NCBI GenBank assembly: GCA_963719085.1
Contig: CAVRAL010000004.1
Location: 544,001-608,000, forward strand
Source: a candidate division FCPU426 bacterium
Lineage (GTDB): Bacteria > Oederibacteriota > Muellerivitia > Muellerivitales > Muellerivitaceae
Length of the DNA: 64,000 nucleotides
Reading direction: 5' to 3'
The notes under the pieces were generated by a model. The model saw only the letters and a program-made list of their open reading frames with translations, was not told the DNA's origin and ran no database searches. Both the position numbers and the translations under genes were made by a program. Numbering within the stretch: position 1 is the first letter of the stretch; each line of letters opens with the position of its first letter. This document shows, piece after piece, positions 56,856 to 64,000 of this stretch.

Positions 56856-57908
56856 TTACTTTCCGGTTGGGCCATCCTCGCCCACTTGTATCAGCGCCAC
56901 TTGAGCCCGGGCTTTTTCAAGAAACCTCTCGGGCAAAGATACCCCATCCGCCTGCTGTTCAACGGTTTGACCGTCCGAAAGCCACCAGCCTAAAAAACGG
57001 GCCAGAGCCTGGTTCTTTTTAAAGTCATGGTTTCCCTTAGGAAGCCGGGAGCGGGCCAAAACCCACTCAAAGGAAGTCAGGGGATAGGCCTGAGGATCCC
57101 GGGGCCTGGTCACCGCCACCTTTAAATCCGGCGGCAGGTCCGAAAGATCGGCCACCGCGGCGGTCAAACTTTCCGGCGTCGGCGGGACAAAAAAGCCCAT
57201 CTCATTTTTGAGTTGAACTGAAGGCAATTCGTTCGCGGCGGCGAAGACAAAATCGGCCTCGCCGATTGACCCCGCGGTTTTTCGCAATTCGCGCAGCAAC
57301 TCCTCATTGCCGTGGACGCTCCGGCCCACGGGCCATTTTATTTTTTGATCGGGTCCCGGATCGGCGAAAGCCCAGCCGTCATCCAGTTTTTTGAGATAGT
57401 CGGGAAAAAGGTCAAAGAGGCTGCTTTCATCCTCCCGCCGCAAAACGGTGATTCCTAAATCCGGCAGGGGAAGGCCCGGGTTGAGTTCCCGAAGGTTCGA
57501 GTTGTTCCACCGTTGGATCTTGCCGGAAAAAATATCAAGCAGGGCCTGGGGAGTTAATCGAAGCCCCGCCGGAACGCCGGGCAGGTTGTAAGTCACCACG
57601 GCGGCGTTCAGCGCGACGGGAATATAAAGAAGATTGCCCCCGGTTCTTTTCTCATCCGAGGGGATCAGGGGGAAATTCACCACCAAAAAATCGGAACCCT
57701 TGCCCAACCATTGATTGATTCCATGCCGGCTTTCCTGGGGGTGATATTGCACCACCGCGCCGGGCGACAGGGTCGCGTAAGCTTTTTCGCAGGCCTTCAT
57801 CAGGTCGCCCGCCGAGAGGGTTCCCGTTCCATTCAGATCAAGGCCGAAGGCCGGACCCGCGGCCAGCGCCGCGCTTAACAGAACCCCTCGAATTCCCATG
57901 GCTTTCAT
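56856..57908 (-). CDS. PstS-fold substrate-binding protein, divergent
   Basis: YNLPGV..LRLT..L.DIF.GKI.RWN...LNP...LP, L.N..G.FV.P, AYPLTSF; binding motifs altered. Confidence 0.75.
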   Translation of the reverse strand: MKAMGIRGVLLSAALAAGPAFGLDLNGTGTLSAGDLMKACEKAYATLSPGAVVQYHPQESRHGINQWLGKGSDFLVVNFPLIPSDEKRTGGNLLYIPVALNAAVVTYNLPGVPAGLRLTPQALLDIFSGKIQRWNNSNLRELNPGLPLPDLGITVLRREDESSLFDLFPDYLKKLDDGWAFADPGPDQKIKWPVGRSVHGNEELLRELRKTAGSIGEADFVFAAANELPSVQLKNEMGFFVPPTPESLTAAVADLSDLPPDLKVAVTRPRDPQAYPLTSFEWVLARSRLPKGNHDFKKNQALARFLGWWLSDGQTVEQQADGVSLPERFLEKARAQVALIQVGEDGPTGK

Positions 57909-58083
57909 CCCGACTCCCTTTTTTAAAGACAGAACCCGGGGGATTTTAGCATTCCGGCCCCGTCTCTTATTACAAACTTTTGTAGAAAACAGGGCCCAGA
58001 GACCTCATGGGCCTTTCCTTGTTTTTGACCGGCCCGAACCTTATGATGAACAAACCTTCTTAATTCACAACGGCGAGGAACCC

Positions 58084-58833
58084 GTGAAAAGCTTCGATTA
58101 CGCCCAATTGAACGACCGTTTTGAGAAAACCTCCAGCCAGGACATCGTCCGTTGGGCCGTGGAGGAGTTGTCTCCCCTTTGCATGTCGACCTCCTTCGGG
58201 GCCGAGAGCGCCGTATTGCTTCACTTGGCCACTCAAATCAAACCCGACATTCCGGTTCTTTTCACCAACACGGGCTTTCACTTTAAGGAAACCCTGGAAC
58301 ACCGCGACAAGCTGGTGGAAAGACTCAAGCTGAACCTTCGGGAACTGAAGCCCGAAACGCCGAATGCCGAGTTCCTGGCCAAAAACGGCAAGCTTTATGA
58401 AAGGGACCCGGACGCCTGCTGCGCCGTGAACAAGATCGCGCCCTTCGAGAAGGGCCTTAAAGATTACGAAGGCTGGATCACCGGCATCCGCCGGGTCCAG
58501 GCCCAAACCCGCCAGGCCGCCCAGTTCGTGGAGCCCTACCGGGGCCGGATGACCAAGGTGAATCCCCTTTTGCTCTGGAACGGAAAAATGTTCTGGGATT
58601 ACGCCAAGCAATATGACCTGCCCTATCATCCGCTTTGGGAAAAGGGGTATCTTTCCATCGGCTGTTCGCCTGAAAACTGCACCCGGCCGGTCACCGCGGG
58701 CGAGGACGCCCGCGCGGGCCGTTGGTCCGGCCAAAATAAGGTGGAGTGCGGCATCCACACCTTTCTCAAGAATGAGGCCTCGACGCTCGTTGAAAATTCT
58801 CCCCAGGCCCCGGGGTCCCATGCCTCAAAATAA
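58084..58833 (+). CDS. cysH: PAPS/APS reductase (CysH, Fe-S type)
   Basis: TSFG, NTGFHF.ET, CC.VNK, WITGIRR.Q, YLSIGCS..CT, RAGRW, ECGIH; GTG start after GAGG. Confidence 0.92.
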   Translation: MKSFDYAQLNDRFEKTSSQDIVRWAVEELSPLCMSTSFGAESAVLLHLATQIKPDIPVLFTNTGFHFKETLEHRDKLVERLKLNLRELKPETPNAEFLAKNGKLYERDPDACCAVNKIAPFEKGLKDYEGWITGIRRVQAQTRQAAQFVEPYRGRMTKVNPLLLWNGKMFWDYAKQYDLPYHPLWEKGYLSIGCSPENCTRPVTAGEDARAGRWSGQNKVECGIHTFLKNEASTLVENSPQAPGSHASK

Positions 58834-59695
58834 ATTTTGGCTCTTGGCCTGGTTGGGCCTGAACCTTTTCGCCTTGCCGGTTTTTGCCGACGTCTCAGCC
58901 ACTCCAACCCCCGATTCTGAAACCTCGTCCCCTTTGACCGCGGCCTTTCATCCCTTTTGGAACGGTGAGATCAGCGCCGCTTACTTCGCCCAGAATGCCG
59001 GCCAAAAAGGCTCCCTCTTTTCCCTGACCGGCTGGGACAACCTTACCCCTCAAGGAAGTTTTTTCGAGGCAAAAGTTTTTGGCGGAACCCAATTAATTGA
59101 GAAAATCCAAACCGGCTCGGTGGGCCTGGAGATGGGCGGCGGCGTGGGGCTGGGCGACCTGACGCCTTCCCTTTTGGTGAACTTGGAACATGGCGATTCG
59201 GACTATAACGCGATCCGGGTCCTGATCGGATTCGACAAAAAACTTTCTTCCGCGTTTCTTCTCAATATTTTCCTGACCGGGGAAGTGACGAGCCACCAAG
59301 GCCCGCTGGGATCTTATGTGGGCCTTTCCCCCAACGCCCCCGCCGAAATCGACGACTTGGACGCCTGGGGAGGCGCCTCGTTGAAGTGGACTTTGGATCC
59401 GCTCAAACTGACCTTTGGCTTGAAGGCCGAGTCCGATGAAACCGTCAAGATCCAGGACTTAACGCATACCACCTCCAATGAGGTTGATTCCACCGACTGG
59501 ACCGGCACTTGCTGGCTTCAAGCCGGCTTAGCCTTGGACGGGCATTGGAACCTTTCGCTTTTAGGCCAAGGCGGGTTGGACGCCTCGCCCTCCGGCACCT
59601 TTTACAGCAAGCGATTGGCCCAAACCATCACCCAATCCTCCCCCCAAAATGATTTTTTCTCCGGTTTTTCTCTCGGGATGGCTTATCGTTTTTAA
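58820..59695 (+). CDS. Outer-membrane beta-barrel-like protein
   Basis: Signal peptide, ATPTP, amphipathic strands, terminal YRF. Confidence 0.7.
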   Translation: MPQNKFWLLAWLGLNLFALPVFADVSATPTPDSETSSPLTAAFHPFWNGEISAAYFAQNAGQKGSLFSLTGWDNLTPQGSFFEAKVFGGTQLIEKIQTGSVGLEMGGGVGLGDLTPSLLVNLEHGDSDYNAIRVLIGFDKKLSSAFLLNIFLTGEVTSHQGPLGSYVGLSPNAPAEIDDLDAWGGASLKWTLDPLKLTFGLKAESDETVKIQDLTHTTSNEVDSTDWTGTCWLQAGLALDGHWNLSLLGQGGLDASPSGTFYSKRLAQTITQSSPQNDFFSGFSLGMAYRF

Positions 59696-59764
59696 GCGCA
59701 ACCAGGGCCAAGGATAAAACGTCCAACTTGGGAACGATTCAAAACATTTAAAAGGAACCGACTC

Positions 59765-60661
59765 ATGCCATCCTTTTTTCATCGATTGAGCTTGGCGCTC
59801 GCCCTGATTTTTTTAACTTTTGCCGCGGGGGCCCAAGCCCAAACCGGACCCGTGGGGTTGGAACAGGATTCGAACCCGCGGGAAGAGTCTTTGAACGCCG
59901 CTTTCACGCCCCATTGGTCCGGCCAGTTGGACTTCACCCGATTGGGCCAGCCCAGCAATCAGGGCGGCGGACAAACCCAAACCGAGCTCGGATTCACCGC
60001 CACGGACAACTTGAGTGAATCGGGCGATTTCCTTTCACTCGGCGCTTCCGCGGGAAGCCAAAAAGTTGAGGGAAATCAAAGCGGCTACGGCACCCTTTCG
60101 GTCGGCGCCGGTTTGGGGATTGGACTTTTTTCACCCTCCCTCACCGTGGAAGGCCAATACGGCCAGGCGGGTTTGAAAACCTATTCGGGAACCTTGAATT
60201 TGGATTTCCAGCCGCTGGACGCGCTCACCCTGGGGTTGAGTTTGGGCGGCGGATTTCAAGGCCATCAAAGACCGGTTTCCCAGTCGACGGGAACCGTGGA
60301 CACGAAAAATTGGACCACCGGAATCAACGCGGCTTTCCAGGCTTTCGCGGACCTGGGCTTTAACGCCTCGCTTCAGCAGCAGACCGACATTACCTATTCG
60401 TACCAAACCCTGTTGCTGGGAGTCCTCCACACCCAGTCAGCCAACCAAGCTGACCGCATTCCCTCGGTCACTTTAGGAGTGGATTGGGATTTCGTGAAAG
60501 ACTTCACTTTGGAGGGAACCGGTGAATTCGGGCAAGAATTTTATCCTGCCGGAACTTTTTACAGCCCGGTCTTAGGCGAGACGGTGACCACCACCAAACC
60601 CACCAGTCAGAATTTCGCCGGTTATAGCTTGGCGCTTGTCTGGAATTTTGATTTCCATTAA
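59765..60661 (+). CDS. Outer-membrane beta-barrel-like protein, paralog of 58820-59695
   Basis: Shared L.AAF.P.W.G, DNL...G.F, G.GLG...PSL, P.GTFYS..L..T.T, F.G.SL. Confidence 0.72.
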   Translation: MPSFFHRLSLALALIFLTFAAGAQAQTGPVGLEQDSNPREESLNAAFTPHWSGQLDFTRLGQPSNQGGGQTQTELGFTATDNLSESGDFLSLGASAGSQKVEGNQSGYGTLSVGAGLGIGLFSPSLTVEGQYGQAGLKTYSGTLNLDFQPLDALTLGLSLGGGFQGHQRPVSQSTGTVDTKNWTTGINAAFQAFADLGFNASLQQQTDITYSYQTLLLGVLHTQSANQADRIPSVTLGVDWDFVKDFTLEGTGEFGQEFYPAGTFYSPVLGETVTTTKPTSQNFAGYSLALVWNFDFH

Positions 60662-60670
60662 AAAAATTTT

Positions 60671-60898
60671 GGAACTATGCCTTTGACGAAGCGGGCAGGG
60701 CCCGCCTTTTGAAACAATGATAAATGCCGATGAAGACTGATGTTTGAAACATAAAAATCGGGCCTTATCAGCCTCCGCGTCGCTTTTCCATATAACCGTT
60801 AGGGGAAAGCGATATTGTCCCGGGCCTCTTTGACTTTGATATGGAATCCCGGGGCATCAATGCTCGAACAGGTCTTGCTTTGCGAAGTGAACGATGGC
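60671..60898. mobile_element. Non-autonomous MITE-like element, long copy (228 bp)
   Basis: Homologous to 23230-23378 with an extra 79 nt; flanked by direct repeat AAAAATTTT. Confidence 0.75.
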
Positions 60899-60907
60899 GA
60901 AAAATTT

Positions 60908-61369
60908 TTAATTAAATCCCATGGCCAACATCAGCCCTGTGCCGTCTTGCCGGGGGCCCAGAGCCGTGTTGACCGACAAACCCGGATGGCCTAAAAGTTC
61001 CAGACTCAGCAATGTGGCCGTATGGGTACCCAGCGCGATCCAGGCCCGGGATTTCGTGTCATTGTCCCGCGAAGCCAGCAGGGTCACGACCGGATAAACG
61101 GTTTTTGAGATTCCCGCCAAGTTCACCAAAAACAAACCTGAATCATCGGCGCTGACGGCCAAGATGCCCCACCCCAGCGCGTCCACGCCGGCGGTGGACC
61201 AGCCATAAATAGAAGCGTGGTCCTCAATGGCCTCGGCGTAAGCCCAGACGTAATAATCCCCCACCACCAGCGGGATGGTCACGATCTCATTTTTAGCTTG
61301 GGCTTGGGAAGCGAGGGTCGCGGCGGCGAAAAGAAAGCATCCTAAAACAAACCCCAAGCGGGTCTTCAC
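60908..61369 (-). CDS. Hypothetical exported/membrane protein
   Basis: GTGA-coupled to the upstream PAP2 fusion; signal peptide ending AQA. Confidence 0.65.
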   Translation of the reverse strand: MKTRLGFVLGCFLFAAATLASQAQAKNEIVTIPLVVGDYYVWAYAEAIEDHASIYGWSTAGVDALGWGILAVSADDSGLFLVNLAGISKTVYPVVTLLASRDNDTKSRAWIALGTHTATLLSLELLGHPGLSVNTALGPRQDGTGLMLAMGFN

Positions 61370-62922
61370 GACCCGACAGCCTTGACGGTCCGGCCATCCA
61401 ACACATACACCCGGCCGTCGGCCAAAATCCATTCCACTTCGGTCAGGTTCTTCCATTTAGCGGCGAGCCGCCGGGTGAGTTGAACCACCTCGAAAAGTTC
61501 ATAACCGCGCAAAGGAAAGGATTTCGGAAAATAGTTCCAAGGTGTGTCAATCCAGCCCTTAAACAGTGTCTTATCCGGCGTCAGCCGCAGGAGGAGGACA
61601 TTGCCCTTGGGTAAGGCCGTCACCCGAATTTCAACATCCGTCAGCTTCAAACCCCGGGGCGGAAAGGTGCGGCAAACGCCCACCGCGGAGACCTTCATGG
61701 CTTTCTGAACGATATAAAAACGCTTGGACTTGGAATCAAAAACCTGCCTCACCGCCTGTTCGGTTGAGAGTGGTTTTAAAGAAAGCAACGAGCTTTTTTT
61801 GGAGCCGGACTCCTCCGACGGCCTGACCCAATAGGGGCCCTGGCCCAAATCCCCCAAAGCCTGGCGCACCGCTTCCTCGCCCCGGGCCCGGGACACGTTG
61901 CCCGTGATGAATCCCGGCGCGGTTTCCGCGCCCAAGGGGATCAATTCGCTCAAGCGGCCCGCCAATTTACCGTAGGCGTCGCCATGGCCCTCGGTCAGGC
62001 TTAAAAGCCAAACCCGGGGCGGATGCAGGCCGCGCCGGTAAGCGCCCACCAAAATCTCAACTTGGGGCGCCGCCCAGCTGCTGACGGCGGCCAAAATCCC
62101 GCCGCTGATAAGGTCGGGAAAATAATGAAAGCCCAGGAACAAAGTAGAAAGCCAAATGCCGATCGTCAAGGGAAGGCCCCAGGTCAGCCCCCTTCGGTCA
62201 TGGCCCAACTGCCAAAAAAGAAGGTAAGCGGACAAGGCGCCATGCAGACTGGGGAATACATCGAACTTGGATCCCAGGCCGTTGATGATGACATTCGACC
62301 AATCAAAAATAACGCCGCCGCTCAACCAATTCCAATCCTGGGGGTAAGCGAAGCGGGGGCCGATGGCCGGGTAAAGCAGGTAGCCGATGAAGCCGCCGAT
62401 ATAAACCAAAATGAGGCCCAGCATGAACCGTTGATAAAGCGCCCGCCTCAGCCAGCTGTGATAGACCAAAAGCCCCACCAGCCACGCGAAAAGGCTGAGG
62501 TAAAAAAGGCAAAACAGATCGGTGAGATGGGGGTGGCCTTCCAGGGCGTGGTCAAAAAAACTGTTACCCCGTCCGAACAGGCTCAAGTCCAGGGACTGAA
62601 GGCTGGCGTCATATTGCTGGGGATGAATGGCCGGCACCAACAGTTTGATCAAGCTGTAACAAAGCACCAGCCCCAACCAAGGGCCCAGGCCCCGAACCAA
62701 TCCCCAAAGATTGATCGGCGGGGGTTTGCGGATGGCGATGAAATACATCCAACCGATCCAAACCACGCAATAAGCCGTGGTCACATAAAAGGCCGGATCA
62801 GCGCCGGGCCGCTCGGAAAAGGCCGCGCCCAGGGCCAAAAGGAAAAAAACCAAAAACACCGCCGAGGTCAGCCATTCGGACGGGGTGAAAACCCAGGCGT
62901 TTTTTCGAAGCGTCATGGACAA
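61366..62922 (-). CDS. PAP2_3 / Aur1-like membrane phosphotransferase fused to a degenerate PPDK_N-like (ATP-grasp) domain
   Basis: YPAIGPR, FPSLH, STLFLGFHYFPD; C-terminal YGKLAGRLSEL...APGFI, WVRPS, IVQK, VEWILADGRVYVLDGRTV. Confidence 0.75.
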   Translation of the reverse strand: MSMTLRKNAWVFTPSEWLTSAVFLVFFLLALGAAFSERPGADPAFYVTTAYCVVWIGWMYFIAIRKPPPINLWGLVRGLGPWLGLVLCYSLIKLLVPAIHPQQYDASLQSLDLSLFGRGNSFFDHALEGHPHLTDLFCLFYLSLFAWLVGLLVYHSWLRRALYQRFMLGLILVYIGGFIGYLLYPAIGPRFAYPQDWNWLSGGVIFDWSNVIINGLGSKFDVFPSLHGALSAYLLFWQLGHDRRGLTWGLPLTIGIWLSTLFLGFHYFPDLISGGILAAVSSWAAPQVEILVGAYRRGLHPPRVWLLSLTEGHGDAYGKLAGRLSELIPLGAETAPGFITGNVSRARGEEAVRQALGDLGQGPYWVRPSEESGSKKSSLLSLKPLSTEQAVRQVFDSKSKRFYIVQKAMKVSAVGVCRTFPPRGLKLTDVEIRVTALPKGNVLLLRLTPDKTLFKGWIDTPWNYFPKSFPLRGYELFEVVQLTRRLAAKWKNLTEVEWILADGRVYVLDGRTVKAVGS

Positions 62923-62949
62923 GAAAGGACCTCGTTCAAAAAATGAAAT

Positions 62950-63393
62950 TTAAAAGGCGGAGCCGCCCTTAGGTGAGACAAAATAAGAAAATTCCAGCTG
63001 ATTCCCATCCGGATCGGTGACCACGCAAAAATAACCCCGGAGGTGGCCCCCGTAATGGGCCGCTTCCATCAGGCAATTCTCTTTTTTAGCCTTCTCACTG
63101 ATGGCTTCCACCGGCTCCAAATCACCCAGGCGAAAACCCATCCGTTGAAAACTGGTGTCCTGCGCCTTATCGGATTTTTTCCAATTGGAATCTTCCATCA
63201 ACACGAAAAGGGGCGCGTAGGGGTTCTCTAAAAAGCGCATCCAGACCCAACGGTTTCCCTCGGCGTCCTTCTGGTCCACGATGGCCGTCAGTCCCACATA
63301 CTCGCTGTAAAAACGCAAGGAAATATCGGCGTCCTTGACTTTAAAGAGGACGTGATGCCAATCGGGAAATTGGGAAACAAGTTCAAGCGTCAA
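62950..63393 (-). CDS. VOC / glyoxalase family protein
   Basis: HHVLFKVKD..SLRFY...GL, TDPDGNQLEFS. Confidence 0.85.
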   Translation of the reverse strand: MTLELVSQFPDWHHVLFKVKDADISLRFYSEYVGLTAIVDQKDAEGNRWVWMRFLENPYAPLFVLMEDSNWKKSDKAQDTSFQRMGFRLGDLEPVEAISEKAKKENCLMEAAHYGGHLRGYFCVVTDPDGNQLEFSYFVSPKGGSAF

Positions 63394-63440
63394 GCGGCTG
63401 CCTTTCGAACCGACTAAAGGTTTAGTATATCAGAGAAGAT

Positions 63441-63968
63441 TTACGCCAATTTTTCCAAAATTTCCTTGGCGATTTTTTTGGCGTTCTTGCCCTGGGCGTC
63501 CACGGTCAGATCGGCGTATTTGCGGAACAAGGGCGCGCGTTCCTTGAAAAGGGCCGGCAAGGTGGAGCCGCCCCGGCAAACCACGCCGCGGTTGGACCAG
63601 TCCGGCAGGCGTTTTTTAAGCTCCGCCAAGGGCACTTTCAAATAAATCAGGGGACCCAGCCCGGCCAGGTGCTTCATGCCCTTGGGGTAATAAACCGCGC
63701 TTCCGCCGGGCGACACCACGCAATGGCGGGACCGCAGGGCCTGAATCGCCTCATCCTCCATCCTCATGAAAGCTTTCGTGCCCAGCTTGTCCAAAACCTT
63801 TTGAAGGGGCATGCGGTATTTGGCCTCGATCAAATGATCCACATCCACGAAGTGATATCGCAGCTCTTCGGCCAGCAGGCGGCCGATGGTGCTTTTGCCG
63901 CTGCCGAACATGCCGATCAGAACCAGGTTCTGGGGTAATTTTTGAGCTGTTTCTTTCTTGGATTTCAT
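63441..63968 (-). CDS. aroK: Shikimate kinase
   Basis: LIGMFGSGKSTIG, DVD, SPGGS, ERAPLF. Confidence 0.92.
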   Translation of the reverse strand: MKSKKETAQKLPQNLVLIGMFGSGKSTIGRLLAEELRYHFVDVDHLIEAKYRMPLQKVLDKLGTKAFMRMEDEAIQALRSRHCVVSPGGSAVYYPKGMKHLAGLGPLIYLKVPLAELKKRLPDWSNRGVVCRGGSTLPALFKERAPLFRKYADLTVDAQGKNAKKIAKEILEKLA

Positions 63969-64000
63969 GAACCGTCCTCAATTTTAATGGGGCTCAAGCG

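Noticed and set aside
1..64000. Prophage, integrase, CRISPR-Cas, retron or intact IS
   Set aside because: No matching protein motifs or repeat-spacer arrays were recognised on either strand

Overview
A gene-dense, GC-rich chromosomal window from a diderm bacterium (TonB-dependent receptor, porin, several beta-barrel proteins, lipoproteins). It holds about 75 CDS and no prophage, CRISPR array or intact transposase. Housekeeping content includes serS, two tRNA-Ser genes, ald, tkt, zwf-opcA-pgl, cysH, aroK, an RsmB/F methyltransferase, dCMP deaminase, ahpC with a PerR-like regulator, and two tandem NDH-2 genes. Signalling and envelope loci include a TonB receptor-YfiR-CHASE8 sensor, a GGDEF cyclase, HtrA-ECF sigma-anti-sigma(PrcB_C), DUF4139 and DUF1800/DUF1501. 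The most notable observations are: (1) a structured non-autonomous mobile element in two copies (23230-23378, 60671-60898), each flanked by its own 9-10 bp direct repeat, one in the probable ald leader; (2) a 22-nt duplication of the tRNA-Ser(GCT) 5' end enclosing a hairpin-rich insert; (3) an Aur1/PAP2-type membrane enzyme fused to a degenerate PPDK-type ATP-grasp domain; (4) a serS-linked YkgJ/NERD/DUF2156 cluster; (5) an orphan PstS-fold protein with its phosphate-binding motifs rewritten; (6) NDH-2 paralogs resembling mitochondrial NDA/Ndi1; (7) a putative ECF regulon with leaderless promoters; (8) divergent carotenoid-type genes sharing one CATG; (9) two small genes missed by the ORF track; (10) recurrent Thr-Pro tracts on exported proteins. 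All family calls are motif recognition by eye, not database results.
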